NCBI GenBank assembly: GCA_964415175.1
Contig: CAYPYG010000002.1
Location: 9,617 to 73,616, forward strand
Origin: an uncultured Elusimicrobiaceae bacterium
GTDB lineage: Bacteria; Elusimicrobiota; Elusimicrobia; Elusimicrobiales; UBA9959
Reading direction: 5' to 3'
Length of the DNA: 64,000 nucleotides
The notes below the pieces were generated by a model. That model was not told where the DNA came from. It saw only the letters and a list, made by a program, of their open reading frames with translations, and ran no database searches. The first letter of the stretch is position 1. Each line of letters begins with the position of its first letter. Made by a program: the position numbers and the translations under genes. Shown here in pieces: positions 1 to 9,832 of this stretch.

Positions 1-1025
1 GCGGCCCCGCGCTTGAGCCCGGCGGCGTCGGTGACGGCCGCCAGTTCCGTCAGCCGCGCCTTGATGTCGCGCACGAAGCCGCGGTCCCGGGCCGCGGCGC
101 GGCGGGCCAGGTCGGTCAGCGGCGAGCGGTCGGCGAAGAAGGACAGCACCTTGGCGGCGGCGGCGGATTCGCTGAATATCTCCTGCTCCATGAAATATTT
201 GAAGGGTTTCTTCAGCCCCGTCTCCTCCACGCGCAGGTGGCTGCGGGACTTCTCCTTCTTCAGCGGGCGGCCGGTGCGGAGGTGGAAGAAGTCGGCCTTC
301 TCCGGCGTATAGAGCGCGAACTCGTCCTCCTTTATGGGGTAGAGCATCTTGGTCGTCGACAGGACGCTGGCCAGGTCGGAGGAGGCGATGATGAAAGGGC
401 CGTGCTCGCGGTCGGAGCCGGCGCCCATGTAGAGGCTGCTGCCGGCCTTCACGCAGGCCATCAGCTCGGTGACCGGATCCACGACTACCGCGGCGAAAGA
501 GCCGGTGGTCTTTTTCGCGGCTGCGAGTATGGCCGCCTTGAGCGCCGCGTAACGGCCGCGCCTGCCGGACCTGTCGCGCAGTTTTTTCAGCTCCGCGGCG
601 AAGAAATGCTCTATCGTGTGCACCAGCATCTCGCCGTCGTTGTCGCTCTTTACGTCGTGGCCCTCCGAGACGAGCCAGTCCTTGAGCTGGTCGCAGTTGG
701 TGATATTGCCGTTATGGGCGCCGTAGAGATGCGTATGGCAGCGGACGTCGTGGGGCTGGGCGTTCTCTTTCGTGACCGCGCCGAAAGTGGCCCAGCGGAC
801 CTGCCCGCAGAAGAGCTTGCCGGCGAGGCGGTCTATACCGAGCTTTTTCGTGATGACGCTGGGCGCGCCGACGTCCTTCTTAAGCGTGATGCGGCCGGAG
901 GAGTCCTGTATAAGGGCGCCGGTGGAATCGTAGCCCCGGTATTCCAGCATCCGCAGCAGCCGCGCGGCCTCCGCGCCGAGGTCTTCCCTGTCCTTAAAGC
1001 AGCTTAACCCTATGACTCCGCACAT
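1..1025 (-). CDS. glmS: glutamine--fructose-6-phosphate aminotransferase-like (class-II amidotransferase), N-terminal ~341 aa; the rest lies beyond the window start
   Basis: Not in the ORF track because it runs off the window. Reading the reverse complement from the ATG at 1025..1023 gives MCGVIGLSCFKDREDLGAEAARLLRMLEYRGYDSTG... with catalytic Cys2. Later ...KPFKYFMEQEIFSE resembles the GlmS amidotransferase/isomerase junction. Confidence 0.75.
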   Translation of the reverse strand, partial: MCGVIGLSCFKDREDLGAEAARLLRMLEYRGYDSTGALIQDSSGRITLKKDVGAPSVITKKLGIDRLAGKLFCGQVRWATFGAVTKENAQPHDVRCHTHLYGAHNGNITNCDQLKDWLVSEGHDVKSDNDGEMLVHTIEHFFAAELKKLRDRSGRRGRYAALKAAILAAAKKTTGSFAAVVVDPVTELMACVKAGSSLYMGAGSDREHGPFIIASSDLASVLSTTKMLYPIKEDEFALYTPEKADFFHLRTGRPLKKEKSRSHLRVEETGLKKPFKYFMEQEIFSESAAAAKVLSFFADRSPLTDLARRAAARDRGFVRDIKARLTELAAVTDAAGLKRGA

Positions 1026-1153
1026 TTCAGGCTCCTTTTATATCCGGGGACAGTATACCTAATTCCCCGAACATCCCGGGAGACGCACCGACGGAGAAAA
1101 GAGAAAAAACGGGGAATTAAGTATACTGTCCCCGGAAAAGTTATAATGAAAAT

Positions 1154-2599
1154 ATGGTCAAACTTTCCCGTCTCAACGCCAACCTTCTCAAAGCCCATTA
1201 CGCCGTGCGCGGCAAGATAGTCATCCGCGCCCAGGAACTGGAAAAACAGGGCCGCCACATAACCTACTGCAATATCGGCAACCCGCAGGCCCTCAAACAG
1301 AAGCCGCTCACCTTCGTGCGGCAGGTCCTGGCCCTCGTGGAATACCCGGAACTGCTCGACAGGCCCGAAACGGCGTCCTCCTTCCCCGCCGACGCGGTGC
1401 GCAGGGCCCGGCTGATACTGGAGAAGAACCCGACGGGAATGGGCGCCTACACGCAGAGCGCCGGCATGCCTTTCATCCGGCAGGCCGTAGCGGATTTCAT
1501 ATCCAAGCGCGACGGCATCCCGGCCGACCCGGACCGCATACTGCTGACCGACGGGGCCAGCAAGGGAGTGCAGTCGGCGATGACGATGCTGACCAGCGGT
1601 CCCGCGGACGGCTTCATGATCCCGATACCGCAGTACCCGCTTTACAGCGCCACGATAGACCTCTACGGCGCCCGCCAGGTGAACTATTTTCTCGACGAAG
1701 CCGGCGGCTGGCAGCTCGGCGAGGCGGAGCTGCGGCGCTCCATCGCCGAGGCGCGGGCCCAGGGCGTGAACCCGGTGGCCATAGCCGTCATCAACCCCGG
1801 CAACCCGACCGGCGCGGTGCTCTCCCGCGAGAACATCATCATGGTCATACGCTTCGCGAAGGAGAACGGCCTGGCCATACTCGCCGACGAGGTGTACCAG
1901 GAGAACATCTACGGCGCGGGGCTTAAATTCCACTCCTTCGCGAAGGTCATGCACGAACTGGGAGAGAAGGAAGTGACGCTGTTCAGTTTCCACTCGGTCT
2001 CCAAGGGCTTCCTCGGCGAATGCGGCCACCGCGGCGGCTACATGGAAGTGCGCAACATGCCCGAGGACGTGTGGGCGGAGCTCGTCAAACTCCAGTCGAT
2101 AGGCCTCTGTTCCAATACCATCGGCCAGGTCGTGACCTACCTGATGATAGACCCGCCCAGGCCCGGCGACGAGAGCCACTCCCTTTACGAAAAGGAAAAG
2201 AACGCCATCCTGGGGGACCTGCGCGAGAAGGCCCGCATCCTCGGCAAGGGGCTCAACTCCATAGAGGGGATGAGCGTCTCCTCCCCCCAGGGCGCTATGT
2301 ACGCCTTCGTGAAATTCGACCTTCCCCATCCCGACGGCATGGACCCGGAGAGGATGACCCCGGCCGAACGCCACAAGTACGAGACCTCCCGCGACACGAA
2401 GTACTGCCTGCGCCTGCTGGAGGAGACCGGGATCTGCGTCGTGCCGGGCTCGGGCTTCGGCCAGCGGCCGGGGACCCTGCATTTCCGCACCACCTTCCTG
2501 CCGCCTAAAGAGGAGATAAGCGCCCTGGTGGAGAAGATGAGGAAGTTCCACGCCTCCTACAGGGCCAGGATAGAACAGGGGGCCGTGAAGTCGGCCTGA
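1154..2599 (+). CDS. PLP-dependent class I/II aminotransferase, alanine aminotransferase (ALT)-like
   Basis: 481-aa ORF. NIGNPQ, YPLY and SKGFLGECGHRGGYMEV (PLP-lysine region) are typical of ALT-type enzymes. Confidence 0.85.
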   Translation: MVKLSRLNANLLKAHYAVRGKIVIRAQELEKQGRHITYCNIGNPQALKQKPLTFVRQVLALVEYPELLDRPETASSFPADAVRRARLILEKNPTGMGAYTQSAGMPFIRQAVADFISKRDGIPADPDRILLTDGASKGVQSAMTMLTSGPADGFMIPIPQYPLYSATIDLYGARQVNYFLDEAGGWQLGEAELRRSIAEARAQGVNPVAIAVINPGNPTGAVLSRENIIMVIRFAKENGLAILADEVYQENIYGAGLKFHSFAKVMHELGEKEVTLFSFHSVSKGFLGECGHRGGYMEVRNMPEDVWAELVKLQSIGLCSNTIGQVVTYLMIDPPRPGDESHSLYEKEKNAILGDLREKARILGKGLNSIEGMSVSSPQGAMYAFVKFDLPHPDGMDPERMTPAERHKYETSRDTKYCLRLLEETGICVVPGSGFGQRPGTLHFRTTFLPPKEEISALVEKMRKFHASYRARIEQGAVKSA

Positions 2600-2651
2600 A
2601 AGGGCCTAATTTGGTATCATTTCACCCTATTACCAGCGGTACGGAGGCGAC

Positions 2652-3053
2652 ATGATGAGCGTATCGGTAAGCTGCCCGCATTGCGGCAAGTCCCTGATGG
2701 ACCCGTCCAAGAAACTCAACGGTAAGCCGGCCATAGCCGTGCGCCTGACCTACGCGGGCAAGAACGCGCCGCTCTATCTCAGTTCGCTCTACGGCAGCTA
2801 CGACGCCGAGACCTCCCTGCCCGTACCGCTCTCCAAGATAGCCGGCTTCCGCTGCCCCCACTGCAAGGCGGACCTCAAGAGCACGCGCAAATGCGACCTC
2901 TGCTCGGCGCAGATGGTGGCTTTCGACCTCAGGCAGGGCGGCCAGGTGCAGATTTGCTCCCGCCGCGGCTGCAAGAAGCACATCCTGGAGTTCCAGGACC
3001 CCGACAACGAACTGCAGTCCTTCTACAAGTCCTACGTAAAGTCCTTCAGGTGA
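2652..3053 (+). CDS. small Cys-rich zinc-ribbon protein, unknown function
   Basis: 133-aa ORF with CPHC...CPHC...CDLC...CSRRGC spacing and GC3-rich codon usage like its neighbours. Confidence 0.6.
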   Translation: MMSVSVSCPHCGKSLMDPSKKLNGKPAIAVRLTYAGKNAPLYLSSLYGSYDAETSLPVPLSKIAGFRCPHCKADLKSTRKCDLCSAQMVAFDLRQGGQVQICSRRGCKKHILEFQDPDNELQSFYKSYVKSFR

Positions 3054-3059
3054 GGCGAA

Positions 3060-3095
3060 GGCCGGCGCGCGAGACGCGCGCCGGCCGGTCTTTTT
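3060..3095 (+). terminator. intrinsic terminator-like hairpin plus T-run
   Basis: GGCCGGCGCGCG-AGA-CGCGCGCCGGCC followed by GGTCTTTTT, directly after the zinc-ribbon ORF. Confidence 0.5.
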
Positions 3096-3098
3096 CAG

Positions 3099-3815
3099 AT
3101 GGAATCCAGGTCCAGACTGCGTTTCAGGATATTCGCGCTGCTTTTCTTCGCCGTCCTCGGCGCGGCGGCCTGGTACCTGCTGCGCCGGTCCGCACCGGAC
3201 GAGCCCGGCGCCGCGGTCCCCGGCGGAACGCGGCCCCCGGCGGAAAGCGCGGCGGCGGCCGCCCCCCCCTCGGAAGGCCCGGTGCCGGGCTCCGGACTGG
3301 CCATAGAGGGCTCCCCCCGTTTCAGCCGGCAGGTCACCCGCTCGCTGAAACTCATCTGGCTCTACGACAGGGACGCCTTCAATTTCGTCCGCAAGTACGT
3401 CTATGTGGTGCGAAGCGCCGACAAGACCTCCTTCGGCTTCCATGAGGGCGTGGCGACGGTCTTCCTTTCCGACGCCAACGCCTACAGGTCCGACGCCTGG
3501 TGCGCCGGCATAATCGCGCATCATGCCTGGCACTCCTATCACCGCTCCGCCTCGCTCCCTCCCGGGCGCAGACGGAAGACCCCCCCGCCGCCGGGCGGGA
3601 CCGCGGAGTGGATAGAGAAGAAGACCGCCAATCCGCTGCAATTCGACGTCACCACGCTGCGCGACGTGACCGCGCAGGAGGCGAAAGCCGACGAGTTCCA
3701 GCTGCGCGTGCTCGCCGCCGTCGGCGCTTCCCGCGCCGAGATCAACAGGGTCCGCCGGCGCGACCCTCGCGACCTCTCCGTAAGCCACGACGGGAACTAC
3801 CCCTCCAGACCGTGA
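3099..3815 (+). CDS. membrane-anchored hypothetical protein
   Basis: 238-aa ORF with an N-terminal TM segment (FRIFALLFFAVLGAAAWYLL), a Pro/Ala linker and a His-rich patch IIAHHAWHSYH. No family recognised. Confidence 0.6.
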   Translation: MESRSRLRFRIFALLFFAVLGAAAWYLLRRSAPDEPGAAVPGGTRPPAESAAAAAPPSEGPVPGSGLAIEGSPRFSRQVTRSLKLIWLYDRDAFNFVRKYVYVVRSADKTSFGFHEGVATVFLSDANAYRSDAWCAGIIAHHAWHSYHRSASLPPGRRRKTPPPPGGTAEWIEKKTANPLQFDVTTLRDVTAQEAKADEFQLRVLAAVGASRAEINRVRRRDPRDLSVSHDGNYPSRP

Positions 3816-3835
3816 GACACGCAGCCCTGCCGCAC

Positions 3836-4798
3836 ATGGACCTCGGCCGCCTCAGGCTGAAGAACGGCCTCTGGCTGGCGCCGATGGCCGGCATCACCAA
3901 CGGACCTTTCCGGCTGCTCTGCGCGCGCGGCGGCGCCGGGCTGGTGGTCACCGAGATGGTCTCGGCCGACAGCCTGCGCTACGGCAACCGCAAGTCGATG
4001 CGGATGCTCGACATCACTCCCGGAGAGCGCCCGGTCGCCATACAGCTCTTCGGCTCCGACCCGCAGGCCATGGCCCTGGCCGCGAAGCTGGCCGAAGAGG
4101 CCGGCGCCGACGTCGTCGACATAAACGCCGGCTGCCCCGTGAAGAAAGTCCTCAGGGCGGGCGCAGGGGCGGCCCTCATGAAACGGCCGGGGCTCCTGGC
4201 GGACATCACGGCCGCCGTGGTCAACGCGGTCAAAGTCCCCGTCACGCTGAAGACCCGCGTCGGGCTTAAGACGGGGACCGTGCTCGGGCCGGAACTGGCC
4301 AGGCTGGCCGAGGGCGAGGGCGCCGCCGCCGTCGTGCTGCACGGCCGCTACGCCGAGGCCTTCCATACCGGCCCGGTGGACCTGGAGGCCGTGGCCGCCA
4401 CCGCCGCGGCCGTGCGGATACCGGTCATCGGCAACGGCGGCGTGAAGGACGCGGCGACGGCCGGGGCCATGCTGGCGGCGGGCTGCGCCGGCGCCGCGAT
4501 AGGACGCGCCGCCGTGGGCAACCCTTTCGTTTTCTCCGAGATCGAGGCCGGGCTCTCCGGCCGGCCGGCGAAGGAGCGCGGCCCGGAGGACGCCATAGAA
4601 CTTTTCCTGGAGTTCCTGGAACTCAACTGCGGCGTATACGGCCCGGAGAACGGCGTGGTGCGCGCGCGCAAGCTCATCGGTTACTGCCTCAAGGGCCTCA
4701 AGGGCGCCGCCGCGCTGCGCGGGGCCTTCATGGAGAAGAAGACCCTTAATGAGGCCAGAGCCCTTTTGGTAGAATATCTGCATTCCTCCCGCCGGTAA
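3836..4798 (+). CDS. dus: tRNA-dihydrouridine synthase
   Basis: LAPMAGITNGPFRLL, VDINAGCPVKKV and a TIM-barrel Dus layout. Track ORF 3500..4798 was trimmed to the ATG at 3836. A GTG at 3812 overlapping the upstream TGA is an alternative start. Confidence 0.85.
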   Translation: MDLGRLRLKNGLWLAPMAGITNGPFRLLCARGGAGLVVTEMVSADSLRYGNRKSMRMLDITPGERPVAIQLFGSDPQAMALAAKLAEEAGADVVDINAGCPVKKVLRAGAGAALMKRPGLLADITAAVVNAVKVPVTLKTRVGLKTGTVLGPELARLAEGEGAAAVVLHGRYAEAFHTGPVDLEAVAATAAAVRIPVIGNGGVKDAATAGAMLAAGCAGAAIGRAAVGNPFVFSEIEAGLSGRPAKERGPEDAIELFLEFLELNCGVYGPENGVVRARKLIGYCLKGLKGAAALRGAFMEKKTLNEARALLVEYLHSSRR

Positions 4799-4807
4799 GG
4801 ATATTTT

Positions 4808-7384
4808 ATGGCACAGACCGAGACCGCCGACACCCCGCTGATGCAGCAGTACCAGGCCCTGAAACGGGAACATCCCGGGGCCATACTCTTCTTCCGCCTC
4901 GGAGACTTCTACGAGATGTTCGACGCCGACGCCAAAACGGCCAGCCAGCTGCTGGGCGTGGTACTGACCTCCCGCCACGGCGTGCCCATGTGCGGCGTCC
5001 CCTATCACTCCTCCGCGACCTATATAGCCCGGCTGCTCAAAGCGGGACGCCGCGTCGCCATCTGCGAACAGGTAGCCCCCTCCGGCGAGGAAGGGAAGAA
5101 GTCCAAGCTCTTCCGCCGCGAGATAGTCCGCGTCATGACGCCGGGCACGATAGTCGAGGACGAACTGCTGCAGTCCAAGACCGCCAGTTACCTGGCCTCG
5201 CTGCACATCGACATCGTGGGCTGGGGCCTGGCCTGGATAGACGCCTCCACGGGAGAATTCAACGCCGCCCAGAACGTCAACGACCCGCGCCATTACGCAC
5301 TGCAGTCGCTGCTCTCCAAGATCTCGCCGGCCGAGATCGTGGCCTCCGAAGAGACGGCCGCCAGGCTGGAAGCCGCTGGACTGGTCCCTCCCGGCGCGCT
5401 GCTGACCCCCTATTTCAGGCCCGACGGCGCCGAGCTGCCCTGGCAGCGTCTGTCCGTCTGGCGCAACAACGGCCTGGCAGCCAGGACGGCCGTCAGCGCC
5501 GTCAATTACCTGCGCGAGACGCAGCCCGGCCTCAAGGAGACCTTCTCCCCCTCCTTCTTCGAGCCGGGCGGGCGCCTGCAGCTCGACGAATCCGCCATAA
5601 AGACGCTCGATATAGTCGGCTCCGAGAGCGGCGACGACGCGAACACGCTCTGGGGGGCGCTGGACCTGGGGCGCACCGCCATGGGCTCGCGCCTGCTCAA
5701 GAAGTGGCTGCTCGAGCCGCTCTGCGACCTGCCGGCGATAAAAGCCAGGCACGATTTCACCGGCTTCCTCGCGGAGGACCGCGAGGCCCGGGGATCGCTG
5801 ACCGCGCTGCTGGCGCAGGTGCCCGATATCGAGCGGGTGCTGGGCCGCGTCGCCAACGCCAGCGTCTCGCCGCGCGACGCCGCGGCCGTGCGCCGCGCCC
5901 TGGCGCAGCTGCCGCGGCTTAAGATGCTGCTGACCTCCCCGTCCTTCTTCGAGAAGTCCCCGGGCCTGGCCGGCGCCCTGGAAGAGGTCTCCAAGCCCCT
6001 CAACGCCCTGCGCGAACTGCTCGAAAAGGCCCTCTCCGAAACGCCCCCGGCCAGGCTCTCCGACGGCGGCGTGATAAAGGACGGCTGGAGCGCCGAGCTC
6101 GACGAGCTGCGCGGCGTGCGCAAGAACAGCCAGAAACTGCTGGTGGACATAGAGCTGCGCGAGAAGGAGAGGACGCAGATCCCCTCTCTCAAGGTCGGCT
6201 ACAATTCGGTCTTCGGCTACTATCTGGAGGTCACGAGGCCCCACCTGCCCAAGGTCCCCCACTATTTCGTCCGCAAGCAGACGCTGGTCAACGCCGAACG
6301 TTTCATCACGGAGGAACTGAAGACCCTGGAGGGGAAGATACTGGGAGCAGAGGAAAGGATCAGCCGCATCGAGACCCACCTTTTCGGCGAGCTGCGCGCG
6401 GAACTGCTCTCGCGCCTCTCCGCGCTGCGCTCCTTCGCCATGACGGCGGCCGAGCTGGACGCCTTCCTGGCGCTGGCCGAGAGCGCGGTCAGGTACGACC
6501 TGGTCCGCCCGGAAATGACTGGCGGCGGCGAACTGAGGATAGAAGAGGGCCGCCACCTGGTGGTCGAGCGGCTGCTGCCCGCCGGCTCCTTCGTGCCCAA
6601 CGATATAGAACTCGGCGGCGAGGGCCCGCAGCTGGTGATCCTGACCGGGCCCAACATGAGCGGCAAGAGCGTCTACCTGCGGCAGAACGCGCTGATAGTG
6701 CTGATGGCGCAGGCCGGCTCCTTCGTGCCGGCCAGGTCCGCCGTCATAGGCGTGACCGACCGCATCATGACGCGCATCGGCGCGCAGGACAGGCTCTCGC
6801 GCGGCGAATCCACCTTCATGGTGGAAATGCGCGAGACGGCCTCGATACTAAACCTGGCCGGGCCGCGCAGCCTGCTGCTGCTCGACGAGGTCGGCCGCGG
6901 CACCTCCACCTTCGACGGCATCTCTATAGCCTGGGCCGTGGTGGAATACCTCCACAGGGCCGAGGACGGGCCGCGCGTGCTTTTCGCGACGCATTATTTC
7001 GAGCTGACCGAACTGGCGGAGAAATACGCCGGCATAAAGAACTTCAACGTGGCGGTCAAGGAATGGACGAACGCCGCCGGCAAGACCGAGGTGGTCTTCC
7101 TCCACAAGATAACCGCCGGCCCGGCCGACAAATCCTACGGCATACACGTGGCGCAGCTGGCCGGCCTGCCCGAATCCTGCGTGGCGAGAGCGAGGGAGAT
7201 ACTGCGGGAACTGGAGAACAGGAACCGCATCGAGGCCGCCCCGGCGGGCGACAGCCTGCCCCCCCTGCTGCCGATGTTCTCGGCGCATCCCCTGCTGGAC
7301 GAGATAAAAGCCTGCGACCCCGACAGGATGACGCCGCTGGAAGCGCTGAAGACCGTGGCCGAGTGGAAGGAGCGGGCCCGGTAG
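4808..7384 (+). CDS. mutS: DNA mismatch repair protein MutS
   Basis: 858 aa. N-terminal TPLMQQYQALKREHPGAILFFRLGDFYEMF, Walker A GPNMSGKS, and STFMVEM/LLLDEVGRGTST motifs. Confidence 0.97.
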   Translation: MAQTETADTPLMQQYQALKREHPGAILFFRLGDFYEMFDADAKTASQLLGVVLTSRHGVPMCGVPYHSSATYIARLLKAGRRVAICEQVAPSGEEGKKSKLFRREIVRVMTPGTIVEDELLQSKTASYLASLHIDIVGWGLAWIDASTGEFNAAQNVNDPRHYALQSLLSKISPAEIVASEETAARLEAAGLVPPGALLTPYFRPDGAELPWQRLSVWRNNGLAARTAVSAVNYLRETQPGLKETFSPSFFEPGGRLQLDESAIKTLDIVGSESGDDANTLWGALDLGRTAMGSRLLKKWLLEPLCDLPAIKARHDFTGFLAEDREARGSLTALLAQVPDIERVLGRVANASVSPRDAAAVRRALAQLPRLKMLLTSPSFFEKSPGLAGALEEVSKPLNALRELLEKALSETPPARLSDGGVIKDGWSAELDELRGVRKNSQKLLVDIELREKERTQIPSLKVGYNSVFGYYLEVTRPHLPKVPHYFVRKQTLVNAERFITEELKTLEGKILGAEERISRIETHLFGELRAELLSRLSALRSFAMTAAELDAFLALAESAVRYDLVRPEMTGGGELRIEEGRHLVVERLLPAGSFVPNDIELGGEGPQLVILTGPNMSGKSVYLRQNALIVLMAQAGSFVPARSAVIGVTDRIMTRIGAQDRLSRGESTFMVEMRETASILNLAGPRSLLLLDEVGRGTSTFDGISIAWAVVEYLHRAEDGPRVLFATHYFELTELAEKYAGIKNFNVAVKEWTNAAGKTEVVFLHKITAGPADKSYGIHVAQLAGLPESCVARAREILRELENRNRIEAAPAGDSLPPLLPMFSAHPLLDEIKACDPDRMTPLEALKTVAEWKERAR

Positions 7385-7390
7385 GGGCCT

Positions 7391-7744
7391 TCAGGCGAGT
7401 TTTTTCAGCACCGCTTCCAGTTCGCCGTAGACGAAGGGCTTGCTCAGCACGGCCGCGGCGCCTTTCTCAAGGAGCTGGCCGCTCAGCGCCTCCTGCTGTA
7501 CGGCGGTCACCATCACCACTTTAGCCTGCGGCGACAATTCCCTGATCTCGGAAAGCGCCTCCATACCGTTCTTGCGCGGCATGATCATATCCATCAGCAC
7601 CAGGTCCGGCGAGGTCTCCGAGAAGAGCCTTACCCCCTCCACCCCGTCCTCGCCTTCACCCACCACCACGTGGCCCATGGCGGTAAGAAAATCGTTCATC
7701 ATCGTCCTGGTCACTTCGCTGTCGTCTACTATAAGTATCCTCAT
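7391..7744 (-). CDS. single-domain response regulator (CheY-like receiver)
   Basis: MRILIVDDS..., DLVLMDMIMP and SKPF receiver signature. 117 aa with no output domain. Confidence 0.9.
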   Translation of the reverse strand: MRILIVDDSEVTRTMMNDFLTAMGHVVVGEGEDGVEGVRLFSETSPDLVLMDMIMPRKNGMEALSEIRELSPQAKVVMVTAVQQEALSGQLLEKGAAAVLSKPFVYGELEAVLKKLA

Positions 7745-7774
7745 GTCCCTTTCTCCCCGGGCCCGCTTTCCGGT

Positions 7775-9264
<1,490 letters not shown>

Positions 9265-9272
9265 ATAATGCC

Positions 9273-9368
9273 GGGGACGCTGTTTAGTTCTTTAGTTGTT
9301 GCGTCCCGATATTGCACTCGTCTTTCTCTCCCCTGTGGATAACAACTAAAGAACTAAACAACGTCCCC
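9273..9368 (-). repeat. AT-rich long hairpin element B1 with GC clamp and DnaA box
   Basis: The 28-nt arms 9273..9300 and 9341..9368 are inverted repeats with 1 mismatch. The outer ends are GGGGACGCTG / C(A)ACGTCCCC. TGTGGATAA (TTATCCACA on the minus strand) lies at 9334..9342 at the loop/arm junction. A second copy of the family is at 54016..54109. Confidence 0.7.
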
Positions 9369-9747
9369 CTAAGATCCGGCGGATACGGAAAACGCAGTAA
9401 AAGGCGGAATAGAGTATGCCGGGCAGGGCCGCGCGGTACGAGGCCCCCGCGGCGGCCAGGTCGGCCGTCCCCGCCGAGCCGGCTATATGCATCGGGGACA
9501 GTATGACGTAATTGACCGCCGCCGTAAGATACGCGGCGTTCTCCAGCAGCGCGACCGGCGCGGCCAGGCGCAGGCGGAAATACAGAGCGGCCCCTATCCC
9601 CGCTTCCATCGCGTAAAAAGCCGCGGTCCACCCCGGCGAGGAAGTGAAAACCCCGGCCCGGAAGCCGGGCCATAGCGTCAGCTCCAGCGCCAGCCAGGCC
9701 GGCGCCAGCAGGTAGAAATAGTCAAGCTTCCCCATCTTTTGGTCCAT
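9346..9747 (-). CDS. small multi-pass membrane protein, unknown function
   Basis: 133-aa hydrophobic ORF. Its last ~8 codons and stop lie inside the right arm of hairpin B1, so the 3' end is uncertain. Confidence 0.55.
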   Translation of the reverse strand: MDQKMGKLDYFYLLAPAWLALELTLWPGFRAGVFTSSPGWTAAFYAMEAGIGAALYFRLRLAAPVALLENAAYLTAAVNYVILSPMHIAGSAGTADLAAAGASYRAALPGILYSAFYCVFRIRRILGGRCLVL

Positions 9748-9832
9748 AGATCGGGGGACCTTGGGCCCAAGCCCCCTTTCGCGCTATATAATATAATTTT
9801 AGTGCCGGCCGGGACCGGCCAAGGAGATAAAT

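Noticed and set aside
3500-3835. Long N-terminal extensions in the ORF track. Examples are 3500 for dus, 16410 for the membrane protein, 18330 for pyrD, 20616 for pyrE, 28012, 29845, 41247..43616 for accC, 51146, 55256..57316 and 56590.
   Set aside because: The extensions overlap the preceding recognisable gene in another frame and are Arg/Pro-rich. Conserved N-termini (for example MSLFRKVLIANRGEIA for accC) and ATGA/GTGA junctions or SD sequences mark the real starts.
3797-6556. 919-aa ORF antisense to mutS. Similar long shadow ORFs occur at 10954..12930 (antisense to mutL), 13447..15270, 16836..18743, 39528..41324, 42692..45226, 51143..52693 and 52836..54026.
   Set aside because: Their products are Arg/Gly/Ala/Pro/His-rich low-complexity strings with no motifs, and each lies opposite a clearly recognisable gene. 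Long antisense ORFs are expected by chance in high-GC DNA with strong GC3 bias.
9273-9368. Whether the AT-rich hairpins could be integron attC sites (ATTAGGC/GCCTAAT in copy 2 resembles R'/R'' cores), REP/RAYT elements or intrinsic terminators.
   Set aside because: There is no integrase, RAYT or cassette array in the window. The core-like motifs are internal to the arm rather than terminal and are absent from copy 1. No U-run follows either hairpin on the coding strand.
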